Positions 10,401 through 19,790 are shown, numbered from the stretch's first letter. The stretch is DNA of 64,000 nucleotides from an uncultured Thermoleophilaceae bacterium (GCA_963716215.1 OY970298.1:3508416-3572415), one strand, 5' to 3'. The notes: generated by a model from the sequence alone, not told the origin. Program-made: numbers and translations.

Positions 10401-11681
10401 GTGCGCGAGCGCCTCGCCGAACTGAGCCGCTCCGACACGGGCCGCGCCGCCGGCCTGGGCGTCGCGATGATCGTCGCGAACGTCCTCGCGCTCGGGTTCA
10501 CCGTCGTCTTCGCGCGCATCCTGGGCGCCTCCGGCTACGGCGACCTCGCGGTGCTGCTCTCGTCCTTCATCATCATGATGGTCCCCGGCTCGGCGCTCCA
10601 GATCGCCGCGGCGCGCGAGGTCAGCCACGACATCGCGGAGGGCCGGCCGAATGCCGGTGCCAGCGTGCGGCGGTGGCTCGAGCGGCTCGCGATCGGCACG
10701 GTGCTGGTCGCGCTCGTCGCCATCCCCCTGCGGTCGCTGATCGCCGCCCTGATCAACATCGATCAGGACTGGGCGGCGGCGGCCATCCCCGTGACGGCGA
10801 TGCTGTGGGTGATCGTCTCGGTGCTGCGCGGGGTGCTCCAGGGGCTGCAGCAGTACCGCACCGTTGCGCTCAGCATCGTGGGCGAGGCGTCCTCGCGGAT
10901 CGTGTTCGCGCTGATCCTGGTGGCGGTCGGGCTGGACGTGACGGGCGCGTTCCTCGGCAGCGCCTTCTCGCTGATCGCGGTCGCGCTGGTGCTGCTCGTG
11001 GTGCTGCGCCGCCGCTTGGAGGGGATCGACCCGGGGGCCGCAACGGACCTGCGGCTGCGCGAGCTGCTCGCGGGGGCCTGGGTGCCGGTGCTGGGGCTGA
11101 CGCTGCTGCTCGCGCTCCAGGAGCTGCACGTGATCATCGTCAAGCACCAGGCCGTCGACGACGACGCCGCGGGCTCGTACGCCGTGGCGGCGGTCGCCGG
11201 CAAGGCGATCATCTGGATCGCGATCGGGCTGGGCATGTACCTGCTGCCGGAGGCGTCGCGGCGGGCCAAGACCGGAGAGGACGCCAGGCCGATCCTGCTG
11301 CGCACGCTGGGCCTGATCGCGGCGCTGGCGGTGCCGGCGGTGGCGATCTACGCCGTGGCTGGGGAGCCGCTGCTGCGCGTGGTGTTCGGCGAAGACCTGA
11401 CCGAGGCCTCGGACGCCCTGCCGCTGCTCGGGCTGGCCATGTCGCTGCTGGCGTGCTCGTACCTGTCGGTGCAGTACCTGCTGGCGATGGGCAAGGCGAG
11501 CTTCCTCTTCGTGCTCGCCGTCGGCGTGATCGCCGAGGTGCTGGTGCTGCTGTCGATCGGCGACGACCTCACCGCCATCGCGCTGGCCTTGCTCGTGATC
11601 CAGGCCGCCTGCGCCGCGGTGATCGTGACGATGGCGATGCGCCAGTCGGTGCCCGCGGGGCAGGCGTACGTGCCGGTCTGA
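10401..11681 (+). CDS. MOP-superfamily oligosaccharide/polysaccharide flippase (Wzx/MurJ-like)
   Basis: 426-aa ORF with ~12 hydrophobic segments. Clear paralog of the flippase domain at 55749..57029 (shared FTVVFAR(I/L)LG..GYG.L, VPGSALQ, LPEA.RR.K). Confidence 0.75.
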   Translation: MRERLAELSRSDTGRAAGLGVAMIVANVLALGFTVVFARILGASGYGDLAVLLSSFIIMMVPGSALQIAAAREVSHDIAEGRPNAGASVRRWLERLAIGTVLVALVAIPLRSLIAALINIDQDWAAAAIPVTAMLWVIVSVLRGVLQGLQQYRTVALSIVGEASSRIVFALILVAVGLDVTGAFLGSAFSLIAVALVLLVVLRRRLEGIDPGAATDLRLRELLAGAWVPVLGLTLLLALQELHVIIVKHQAVDDDAAGSYAVAAVAGKAIIWIAIGLGMYLLPEASRRAKTGEDARPILLRTLGLIAALAVPAVAIYAVAGEPLLRVVFGEDLTEASDALPLLGLAMSLLACSYLSVQYLLAMGKASFLFVLAVGVIAEVLVLLSIGDDLTAIALALLVIQAACAAVIVTMAMRQSVPAGQAYVPV

Positions 11682-11689
11682 GGTAAGGC

Positions 11690-13136
11690 CTAGCCCCGCC
11701 GTGCCAGCACTTCGTAGTCGCCGAAGCGGCGCTCGGGCGCGTACGTGCGCGCCAGGTAGCGGTCGAGGATCCGGACCCCGCTCGAACGCCCCGCGCCGTT
11801 GTCCTCCGGCTGGTCGGCGACAGGGCTGAGCCAGCGGATCACCAGGGGCGGCCGCGAGCGCTCGAGGTCGCCGACGATCTCGCGCTGCACCGGCGCGGTT
11901 GTGACCACACCCGGCTGCATGACGTCGTAGCGGGTCGGGTTGGGGCGCCCCACGAGCACGTAGACCAGCGGGTTGCCCACCCTGACGAGGTCGAAGCGCG
12001 GGTTGGCAACGAACACCGGCCGGCCGGGCGGAACGCGCGCGTCGACGTAGCGGGCCAGCTGGCCCAGGGCGCGCGCCTCCGTCGGCGGGGCCTCGACCCC
12101 GTCGGCCACGTCCACGTCGATCTTGGCCAGCGGGGGTGGATCGAAAAGCTGGATCCGCTTGCGGTCGAGGCCGTGGAGGGCGATCAGGCCGAGCAGGACC
12201 GCCAGCACGACGGTCGAGACCGTGCGTCCGGCGCGCCGCTCGGTCGCCGCGGCGGTGGCCAGCAGCACCGGCAGGACGGCCGCGAGCGGCACCAGGTGGA
12301 AGACGTCGGCGCGGGCGAGCAGGTAGACGATGCCGGCGGCCGCGAGCGGAGCAGCGGCCCAGAGGCGGGCTGGCAGGCGGGCCGCGGACTGCCACGACCA
12401 GCCACACCGCGCTGGCCGCCAGCAGGACGTAGGCGAAGTAGTGCTGGAGGATCTTGTTCGGCTCGAATCCGCCGTCCCACGCGCCGGGCAGTGGCAGGCG
12501 CTGCAGACCCTGCTCGTCGAGAGCGAAGCCGATCGTCTGGTCCCAGAAGTCGCCGGGCGCGGCGAGCACGACGGGGGCCATCAGCACGAGCGCCACGACG
12601 GCGCCGGCGCCGACGGCGCGACCCGCACCGCGCCGCCCGGCCTCGAGCGCCACTCCCACCAGCGCGGCCAGCCCGAGGTCGACACGGAACACGATCGCCA
12701 GTCCCGCCAGCGCACCGGCGGCGCCGGGGCGCCGGCGGGCCAGCAGCAACGCGCCGAAGCCGAGCGCCAGCGCGGTCGGGTTGGGGTGCGGGATGCTGGG
12801 GTACGCCATGGCGGCGACGACGGCGAGCCACGCCGCCAGCGCCAGCGGCTCCGGGGCGTCGCGGCGGACCAGCGCGTAGGCGAGCACGGCAACGCCTGCG
12901 TCGAGCGCCACCCGCACGATCCGCCACACGAGCAGCGAGGGTCCGAACAGCGCGTCCAGGCCGCCGAGCAGGAAGTACTGGCCCGGCCCGTAGTTCGCGT
13001 AGAAGTCGCGGTACGGAAGCTGACCGTCCGCGATCCGCTCCGCCGCCTGGAGCATCAGGCCCTCGTCGTGTGGGTTGATCCCCCATCGGATCGTCAGCCC
13101 GGACAGCAGCCCGCCGAGCACGAACAGCCCGAGCAT
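11690..13136 (-). pseudogene. ArnT/PMT-like GT-C glycosyltransferase, reading frame broken near 12360-12390
   Basis: The N-terminal part (ATG 13136: MLGLFVLGGLLSGLTIRWGINPHDEGLMLQAAERIADGQLPYRDFY...) runs in one frame to ...AVWLVVA. The C-terminal part (WAAAPLAAAGIVYLL...RRFGDYEVLARRG*) continues in another frame (track ORF 11690..12292). This is a 1-nt indel or a sequencing error. Confidence 0.7.
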
Positions 13137-13225
13137 CGTCGCGGCACCTCGGCCCCGGGCGCTCGCGAAGCGGCTTCCCCTCGCGTCCAAGGGGCGAAGC
13201 GTATGGCGCCGCGGGGGCGCCGGGG

Positions 13226-14569
13226 CTAGGTCCGGTGTCGCAGCAGGCGCGCCACGTGGTGCGGCACCCGCCGGGCGACCGCGCCCAAGCCGCCGTGGTC
13301 TCGCAGCTCGGTCAGGATGTCGGGGTATTGGCCGTAGGTGGCCCGCGCGAGCGCCGAGCGGGCCGGGCTCCGTGGCGGGCGCGTGTGCTGCTCCCGGCAG
13401 AACCGCACCAACGGGCGCGCGACCTCGCTCCAGCGCAGCGCCGGCGCCAGCTCCCGCACGCGCCGCGCCGCGCCGTCGTAGGCGTCGCGGTCGTCGAGCA
13501 GCTCGGCACAGGCCAGCGCGAAGCCCTCGGCGTCGCCCGGCGCCACAGCGCGCCCCAGCCCGCGGCGGTCCACCAAGTCGCCGATCGCGTCGCCGCTCGA
13601 CACGACCGACGGCAGCCCAGCCCAGAAGTGGTCGAGCACCCGCGTGCGGAACGAGAAGCGCGCCTCGAGGTGGTCGTGGTGCGCGCACACCCCGATGTCG
13701 GACTCGAGCAGGTAGGCCTCGCGCTCGGCGTACGGGACCCAGCCGCGGTTGAAGTGCACGGACACTCCCTCAAGCCCGCGCTCCGCCGCGTAGGCGATCG
13801 CCGCGTCGGCGCTGGTCGGGATGTTCGCCCCCTTGAGCTGCGGGCGGCCCGTGCCCAGGAAGACCAGGTGCACGCGCCGGCCGCCCGCGCGCAGGTGCTC
13901 GACCGCCCCGATCGGCGTGATCGCGTCGAGCCAGCGCCACACGCCGCCCGCCCACAGCATCACGCGGTCGTCCGCATCGATGCCGGGCCAGACGCCCTTC
14001 AGCACCGGCGCCGACCGGGCCGGGGCGCGATCGGGGAGGCCGAACGGCACCACGTCAACGAAGTCGCGGAAGGTCGGGTCGGCGCGGTAGCGGTCCACGT
14101 CGATCAGCCCCGCGAGCCCCATCCCCCCCAGCCACAGGTCGCGCTGCTTCTCGCTCGCGCAGATCACCAGGTCGGCAACCGCGCACTGGCCGAGCATCGA
14201 GCGCCAGGCCCGCCGAGCGACGGTGGACGGTCCGTCGCTCGCGGCCTCCAGCACCTCGATCATCTGCGGGTTGTAGAGGTCGGCGACGAAGCGCACCGGC
14301 AGCTTCGCGACGTTGCGCAGCAGCTGCGGCGGCAGGCGCTGCGCAACGACGACGTCGTGGCGCTTGACCGCCTCCAGCAGCGTGTCGAAGTCGGCGAGGC
14401 GCGCCTCGATCAGCTCGACCGGCGCGTCGCCCGCGTCGCTGGGACCCGGCGCCGCCACTGTCACCTCGCAGTGCTGGGCGACCGCGCGAGCCAGCTCGAG
14501 CACGCGGATCGCGGGCCCGGCCATCGACGGGCCGAGCGGCTCCGCCGAGATGAACAGGACGCGCGTCAC
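13226..14569 (-). CDS. GT4-family (GT-B fold) glycosyltransferase
   Basis: 447 aa from the GTG at 14569 (VTRVLFISAEPLGPSMAGPAIRVLELA...). The GTGA overlaps the upstream methyltransferase stop. The 1341-aa track ORF is a composite read-through. Confidence 0.8.
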   Translation of the reverse strand: MTRVLFISAEPLGPSMAGPAIRVLELARAVAQHCEVTVAAPGPSDAGDAPVELIEARLADFDTLLEAVKRHDVVVAQRLPPQLLRNVAKLPVRFVADLYNPQMIEVLEAASDGPSTVARRAWRSMLGQCAVADLVICASEKQRDLWLGGMGLAGLIDVDRYRADPTFRDFVDVVPFGLPDRAPARSAPVLKGVWPGIDADDRVMLWAGGVWRWLDAITPIGAVEHLRAGGRRVHLVFLGTGRPQLKGANIPTSADAAIAYAAERGLEGVSVHFNRGWVPYAEREAYLLESDIGVCAHHDHLEARFSFRTRVLDHFWAGLPSVVSSGDAIGDLVDRRGLGRAVAPGDAEGFALACAELLDDRDAYDGAARRVRELAPALRWSEVARPLVRFCREQHTRPPRSPARSALARATYGQYPDILTELRDHGGLGAVARRVPHHVARLLRHRT

Positions 14570-15246
14570 CGGGCGGGCGCGCGGGCGCGTAGCCTGAAGA
14601 AGTAGCGCGGCTTGGCTGCGCCCAAGCGGTCGAGGGCGCGGTAGAGCGGGCGCAGCGGCCGCGGCAGCACCAGCCCGGCCAGGTTGCGGTCGATCGGGGC
14701 GACCTGCTCCACCTCGCAGCTGCCGAACACCTCGTCGAGCAGCGCGGTCAGCGAGTCGGCGGTGAAGAACTGACGGTGGTCCACGTCGAGCATGTGGCTG
14801 AACTCGACCGGCACGCGGCCGAAGCTCTGAGTGCAGTTGGGCGTGGTGATCAGCACCCCAAGGCGCGCGACCCTGCGCGCCTCCGCGAGCAGCCGGGCCG
14901 GGTCCTCCAGGTGCTCGATCACCTCGAGCAGGATCGCCGTGTCCACGCTGTCGTCGGCCAGCGGCAGGCGCTCGCCGTCGTAGACCTCCGCCGGCACCCC
15001 GAGCTGGCGCGCGCGCTCGACGTACTCCGGCACGACGTCGAAGGAGCGCACCTCGAAGCCGCGGTCGGCCAGCACCTTGCTGTACCCGCCGATCCCGCAG
15101 CCGAGGTCGAGCACGCTGCGCCCGGCGTGCGCCTGGACGAACTCGACCAGGGCGTCGTCGACCTGCTCCATCGGATCGGCGTCGCGGTACCAAGCGCGGG
15201 TGTCGCGCGGCCCGCGCGGGAGCGCGTACGTGTCCACGGCGACCAC
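14566..15246 (-). CDS. class I SAM-dependent methyltransferase
   Basis: 226-aa ORF with motif I VLDLGCGIGGYS and post-I/II (FDVV ... LLEVIEHLEDP). Confidence 0.85.
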   Translation of the reverse strand: MVAVDTYALPRGPRDTRAWYRDADPMEQVDDALVEFVQAHAGRSVLDLGCGIGGYSKVLADRGFEVRSFDVVPEYVERARQLGVPAEVYDGERLPLADDSVDTAILLEVIEHLEDPARLLAEARRVARLGVLITTPNCTQSFGRVPVEFSHMLDVDHRQFFTADSLTALLDEVFGSCEVEQVAPIDRNLAGLVLPRPLRPLYRALDRLGAAKPRYFFRLRARAPAR

Positions 15247-15264
15247 TATGCCGAACCGACGGGC

Positions 15265-16683
15265 TCAGGCTCGCCGCAGGCCGGTCACGAGCTCGCGGCT
15301 GGTCGGGCTCAGCAACCACAGCAGCCCGCCGTAGACGGCCGCCCCGAGCACCACCAGCACGGGCAGCGGAGCGTCGTCGAGCAGCCACAGCAGCCCGCCC
15401 ATCGCCGCCGCCGCCACGAGCGCCGGGAGCAAGGTGCGCGGGATCGGGAAGAAGTCGAAGTACCGCCGCATCAGCGGGTAGGAGCCGATCAGGATCAGCA
15501 CCTCGGACGCCACCGTGACGATCGCCGCGGCCACGATCCCGTAGCGCGGGACCAGCAGGAAGTTCAGGCCCACGTTGAACGTCAGCGCCGTGAGGTTCAG
15601 CCAGAGCGCGCTCGCCTGACGGTCGCGGGCGATCAGCGCGAAGCCGAACACGCCGTTGACCCACGCCAGCGCGCCCGCCACCAGCAAGATCCGCAGCGGC
15701 TCCGCGGCCCCCGCGAAGTCCTCGCCACCGGCCAGCTCGACGATCTCCGGAGCCAGCACGAGGCCAGCCGCCACCAGGGGTGCGCCGATCACCACGCACA
15801 CCTCGGTCGAGGCCTGAATCGCGCGCAGCGCGCGCGGCATGTCGCGCGCGACCGCCTCCGAGATGATCGGGAACGTCGAGCTGAGGAACACCGTGCCGAC
15901 CACGAGGGCGAGCTCCAGCATGCGATAGGCCAGCGTGTAGAGGCCGACCTCGTCGTACGGCTCGTAGAGCGAGATGATCAGCGTGTCCGCGCGGAAGTAG
16001 ATGGCGTTGATCGCGAGCGCGAGGCCGAGCGGCACCGCCGCCTTGAGCAGCGTGCGCCACACGGCCGTGTCCGCGAGCGGGCGAATCTGCGCCAGCCCCT
16101 TGGTCAGCAACCACGTGACCACCAGCGTTGCCAGCGCGCCGCCCGCCGCCGTCAGCAGCACCGCGTAGAAGCCCAGGTCGAGGGCGACGACCGCGACCAG
16201 CAGGCCCAGCGAGAGCGCCCGCCCGATCACGTCGCCGATTACCGCGCGACCCATCCGCAGCCGCGACTGCAGGATCGCGACGAACGTGCTGGTGAGCATC
16301 CCGAACAGCAGCGGCACGCCCGCCAGCAGGATCGCCGTGCGCACCTCCGGCTCGTACGGGAGCAGCAGGCTGATCGCGGCGGCAAGCGCGATCACCACGA
16401 TCGACAGCAGCAGGCGCAGCGTGAGCGTGTTGCCGACCAGCTCGTCCGTGCGCGACGGGTCCTTGCTGATCTCGCGCACCACCGTGGTGAACAGCCCCAC
16501 GTCGGCGAGCACGCCGAACAGCTGCATGTACATCAGCGCGAGCGTGTACTTGCCGTAGTCGTCGGGCCCGAGATAACGGGTGACGACCGCGATCGACACG
16601 GCACCGATCGCGAGGACGCCGCCCTTGCCGACGAGCTGGACGGCAGTGTTGGAGGCGACTCGCCGCCGTGCAGAAGACGTCAC
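15265..16683 (-). CDS. Wzx-like polysaccharide flippase (MOP superfamily)
   Basis: 472-aa ORF with multiple TM segments. N-terminus typical of polysaccharide biosynthesis proteins (NTAVQLVGKGGVLAIGAVSIAVVTRYLGPDDYGKYTLA). GGGGAG SD 9 nt upstream of the GTG. Confidence 0.8.
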   Translation of the reverse strand: MTSSARRRVASNTAVQLVGKGGVLAIGAVSIAVVTRYLGPDDYGKYTLALMYMQLFGVLADVGLFTTVVREISKDPSRTDELVGNTLTLRLLLSIVVIALAAAISLLLPYEPEVRTAILLAGVPLLFGMLTSTFVAILQSRLRMGRAVIGDVIGRALSLGLLVAVVALDLGFYAVLLTAAGGALATLVVTWLLTKGLAQIRPLADTAVWRTLLKAAVPLGLALAINAIYFRADTLIISLYEPYDEVGLYTLAYRMLELALVVGTVFLSSTFPIISEAVARDMPRALRAIQASTEVCVVIGAPLVAAGLVLAPEIVELAGGEDFAGAAEPLRILLVAGALAWVNGVFGFALIARDRQASALWLNLTALTFNVGLNFLLVPRYGIVAAAIVTVASEVLILIGSYPLMRRYFDFFPIPRTLLPALVAAAAMGGLLWLLDDAPLPVLVVLGAAVYGGLLWLLSPTSRELVTGLRRA

Positions 16684-16689
16684 ACGCCC

Positions 16690-16695
16690 TAGTCT
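16690..16695 (+). promoter_or_regulatory. -10 box candidate TAGTCT, 8 nt upstream of GTG 16704 (leaderless)
   Basis: The hexamer sits in the divergent 20-nt gap between flippase start 16683 and GTG 16704. Confidence 0.35.
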
Positions 16696-16703
16696 CCCCG
16701 CTC

Positions 16704-18773
16704 GTGCTGACGCTGGCCGTCACATACGCGGGTGTGCTCGGGGGCGCCGAGCGCACGTTGCTCGATTTCACCCGCGCGCTGCCGGGCGGTCTCGTGCTCG
16801 CCTGCCCCGAGGGCCCGCTGGCCGATCGAGCCCGCGCGGATGGGGTCAAGGTGCTCCCGCTGCCCACCCGACCTCTCGAGCTGCGCGGTGGAACGGCCGA
16901 GCGCCTGAGCGCCGGGCGCGCGCTGGCGGGACACACGCGCGACGTGCGCCGGCTCGTGCGCGAGGTCGGCCCCGACCTGCTGGTGGCCTGGGGCATGCGC
17001 ACCGCGATCACAGCCCCGGCGGCGGTGGCCGGGCTCGACCCGCGCCCGGCCGTCGTCGCGCGCCACGTGGACTTCCTGCCGGGACCGTCGATCGCCCGGC
17101 TGGTGCGAGCGGCGGCCGCGCGCGCGGACCGCGTGTCGGTCAACTCGGAGGCGGTCGGGCGCGACCTCGACCCCGACGGCAGCCTGGGCGACCGGCTGTC
17201 CGTGATCAGCCCGGGAATCGTTCTGTCCGAGTACGACCGCGACTGGGGCATGGCCGCCGAGCCCGAGGTGCTGCTGCTCGGCGCGCTGGCGCCCTGGAAG
17301 CGCCCCGACCTGGCCCTGGAGGCTGTCGCGCTCGCGGCGCGAGAGGTCCCGCGGCTGCGCCTGCAGGTCGCGGGGGCGCCGATGAACGCCGAGGGCGAGC
17401 GCCTGCTCGCCCAGCTGCGCTCCCGGGCGGCTCGACCCGACCTGGAGGGGCGGGTGGACTTCGCCGGCCAGCTGGACGACCCGCGCCACGCCCTCAGCCG
17501 CGCGTGGTGCCTGCTGCACTGCGCCGACCGCGAGCCGTTCGGCAGCGTGCTGCTCCAGGCGCTCGCGAGCGGCCGCCCCGTGGTCGCGCCGGCGGCGGGC
17601 GGGCCGGCCGAGATCGTCGAGGAGTCCTGCGGGCGTCTCTACCCGCCGGGGGACGCCGGCGGCGCCGCGGCGGCCCTCGTGGAGGTGCTGTCGAATCCCG
17701 AGCTGCTCGAGCAGCTCGGATCGGCCGCCCGCGCGCGGGCGGGCTGGTTCGAGGCCGACGAGGCGCGCAGCCGGTTCGCCGAGCTGGCCACCGATGCGGT
17801 CGAGGGGCGCGCCCGTAGACCCGCGCGGCCGCGCGCCCAGTCCACCCACAGCGGCGCCGGGATGGCGCTGGTCACCGTGACCCACAACTCGGCAACCGCC
17901 GTGGACCGCCTGCTGCGCTCCGTCGAGCAGCACCTCCCGGGCGCGCACGTGATCGTGGTGGACTCCGGGTCGTCCGACGGGAGCGCCACCGCGGCGCGCG
18001 CCGCGGCGCCGCGCGCCACCGTCGTGGAGCTGGGCCGCAACGCGGGCTTCGGCGCCGCCTCCAACGCCGGGGTGGACCTCGTCGAGGAGCCGATCTGCGT
18101 GCTGATCAACCCGGACGTGGAGCTGGTCGACAGCTCGCTCGCGACGCTCGCCGCCGACCTGCTCGCCCCCGAAGCGCCCGAGCAGATCCTCGCGCCGCTG
18201 CTGCTGTCGCCGGACGGGTCGCGCCAGGACACCGCCCACATCGACCCGGGGTCGGGCCTGATGACGGTGAAGGCGCTGATCCCCACCGCAGCGCTGCCGG
18301 GCCCCCTGCGCCCGCTGCTCGATCCCTGGCGCTCGCAGCGCAGCCGCGTGCTCGGCTGGGCCGCCGGTGCGTGCCTGGTGGCCGCCACCGAGACGTTGCG
18401 CCGGCTGGGGCCGTTCGACGAGCGCATCTTCCTGTTCGCCGAGGACATGGACCTGGGACTGCGCGCCGCCGACGCCGGGGTGGACACCGTGTTCCGCCCC
18501 GACGCGCGCGTCGTGCACCTCGACGCTCACGCCACAGAGCCGGCGTTCGGCGGCGAGCCGTTCGACCTGCTCGCGCGCCAGCGGCGCGCCGTCATCGGCG
18601 AGCGCCGCGGCGAGGAGGCCGCGCTGCGCGACGACCGCATCGCGCTCCTGACCTACGCCAGCCGGATCGCGCTCAAGACGCTCACGCGCCGCCCAACCGG
18701 CCGCGAGCGCGATCAGCTGGCGGCGCTCCAGCGGGTTCGCGACGAGCCCGCGCGCCTCGAGGACCCGCCCTGA
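16704..18773 (+). CDS. bifunctional GT4 - GT2 fusion glycosyltransferase
   Basis: The N-terminal ~370 aa are GT4-like (EPFGSVLLQALASGRPVVAPAAGGPAEIV). The C-terminal ~300 aa are GT2-like (LVTVTHNSA...VVDSGSSDGS...NAGFGAASN...EDMDLGLR). No stop between the domains. Start set at GTG 16704, because track start 16668 would overlap the divergent flippase start. Confidence 0.8.
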   Translation: MLTLAVTYAGVLGGAERTLLDFTRALPGGLVLACPEGPLADRARADGVKVLPLPTRPLELRGGTAERLSAGRALAGHTRDVRRLVREVGPDLLVAWGMRTAITAPAAVAGLDPRPAVVARHVDFLPGPSIARLVRAAAARADRVSVNSEAVGRDLDPDGSLGDRLSVISPGIVLSEYDRDWGMAAEPEVLLLGALAPWKRPDLALEAVALAAREVPRLRLQVAGAPMNAEGERLLAQLRSRAARPDLEGRVDFAGQLDDPRHALSRAWCLLHCADREPFGSVLLQALASGRPVVAPAAGGPAEIVEESCGRLYPPGDAGGAAAALVEVLSNPELLEQLGSAARARAGWFEADEARSRFAELATDAVEGRARRPARPRAQSTHSGAGMALVTVTHNSATAVDRLLRSVEQHLPGAHVIVVDSGSSDGSATAARAAAPRATVVELGRNAGFGAASNAGVDLVEEPICVLINPDVELVDSSLATLAADLLAPEAPEQILAPLLLSPDGSRQDTAHIDPGSGLMTVKALIPTAALPGPLRPLLDPWRSQRSRVLGWAAGACLVAATETLRRLGPFDERIFLFAEDMDLGLRAADAGVDTVFRPDARVVHLDAHATEPAFGGEPFDLLARQRRAVIGERRGEEAALRDDRIALLTYASRIALKTLTRRPTGRERDQLAALQRVRDEPARLEDPP

Positions 18774-18790
18774 ACGGAATCGAGGACGTA

Positions 18791-19489
18791 GTGGTGCTCT
18801 GCGGCGGCCGCGGGACACGCCTCCAGGAGCACTCCCGGACGCTGCCCAAGCCGCTGGTCGAGATCGGCGGGCAGCCGATCGTGGCGCACGTGATCCGCAT
18901 CTTCGCCGCGCAGGGACTGCACTCGTTCCTGCTCTGCACCGGCTACCAGGGCGACCTGATCGAGGAGTACGTCGCCGCGCACGCGTGGCCCGACGGCGTG
19001 GAGGTGCGCTGCGTCGACACCGGCGCGGACACGCCCACCGGCGGCCGCATCCGGCAGGCGGCCGCGGAGCTCGGCGCGCGCCCCTTCTGCGCCACCTACG
19101 CCGACGGCGTCGCCGACATCGACCTCGACCGGCTGACCGGGTTCCACCGCGAGCACGGCGGCCTCGCGACGATGACCGTGGTGCGCCCCGAGCTCCAGTT
19201 CGGCATCGCCGATGTGGCCGCGGACGGGCGGGTGACCGGGTTTCGCGAGAAGCCGCGCAGCGAGCACTGGGTCAACGGCGGCTTCTTCTGCCTCGAGGCG
19301 GGCGCGGTGGAGTTCATCGGCGCCGACTCGGCGCTCGAGCGCGAGCCGCTCGAGGCGCTGGCCGCCGCGGGCCAGCTGCGCGGGTACCGCCACGAGGGCT
19401 TCTGGCGGTGCATGGACACGTACAAGGACGCCGTGCAGCTGAACGAGCTGTGGGCCGCGGGCGCGGCCCCGTGGCGCAACTGGGACTAG
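18791..19489 (+). CDS. rfbF: glucose-1-phosphate cytidylyltransferase
   Basis: Motifs VVLCGGRGTRLQEHSRTLPKPLVEIGG..., WVNGGFFCLE, EGFWRCMDTYKD, LWAAGAAPWRNW match RfbF end to end. GTG 18791 chosen as start (the N-terminus then aligns with MKAVILAGGxGTRL). Confidence 0.88.
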   Translation: MVLCGGRGTRLQEHSRTLPKPLVEIGGQPIVAHVIRIFAAQGLHSFLLCTGYQGDLIEEYVAAHAWPDGVEVRCVDTGADTPTGGRIRQAAAELGARPFCATYADGVADIDLDRLTGFHREHGGLATMTVVRPELQFGIADVAADGRVTGFREKPRSEHWVNGGFFCLEAGAVEFIGADSALEREPLEALAAAGQLRGYRHEGFWRCMDTYKDAVQLNELWAAGAAPWRNWD

Positions 19490-19509
19490 CTCCGGCCGGC
19501 CGGCGTCAC
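19486..19509. repeat. direct repeat copy 1 (CTAGctCCGGCCGGCCGGCGTCAC)
   Basis: A 24-nt unit, 22/24 identical to 19767..19790. Contains the rfbF TAG stop. Confidence 0.8.
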
Positions 19510-19673
19510 GTAACGAAACGACAGCACGCGAGGGAACGGCTGCGAAAACTCGACTCACCCCGGCACTCCATGGCGCGTGGACGCGCTGTCCGGGCCTGTG
19601 GGGCCAATATCCGGCCCACCACCACACCCAGGGCCGCGGGTGGACCGCATTCACGTGCACCAGGGCGGCAAAT

Positions 19674-19712
19674 GGCGCCCACGCCCTTCGCGCGGGCGGG
19701 TGGTCGCTTTTT
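19674..19712 (+). terminator. intrinsic terminator-like hairpin plus T-run inside the 277-bp non-coding insert
   Basis: GGCGCCCACGCCC-ttcgcgc-GGGCGGGTGGTCGC (imperfect GC stem) followed by TTTTT, about 190 nt downstream of the rfbF stop. Confidence 0.35.
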
Positions 19713-19766
19713 GCGGTGCGTGCTTCTTTCGGTGCGTGCAGGCGCCGCGACCGGGCGGGACGGGTG

Positions 19767-19790
19767 CTAGGCCCGGCCGGCCGGCGTCAC
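19767..19790. repeat. direct repeat copy 2 (CTAGgcCCGGCCGGCCGGCGTCAC)
   Basis: Encodes, on the minus strand, the last codons (VTPAGRA*) of the GT2 gene. Copy 1 would read VTPAGRS*. Confidence 0.8.

Noticed and set aside
16668-16703. Track start (16668) for the GT4-GT2 gene and TTG 58623 for the ligase-like gene
   Set aside because: Both would overlap, or sit within 4 nt of, the divergent neighbour's start codon. Downstream starts (GTG 16704 behind TAGTCT; ATG 58641, aligning with paralog MRRW...) fit better.
13226-17251. Single 1341-aa ORF (and similar giants at 10365..13688, 21731..24514, 25574..27784, 35883..39662, 54997..57828 and 55749..60125) taken at face value
   Set aside because: Only the 3' portions are family-like. 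The 5' portions are out-of-frame read-through across upstream genes. Real starts were placed where homology begins and where GTGA/TTGA coupling or a -10 box supports them.
19492-19503. (CCGG)3 tetranucleotide run as a phase-variable simple sequence repeat
   Set aside because: There are only three units, present identically in both copies of the 24-bp duplication. None of the five frame disruptions lies in such a repeat.
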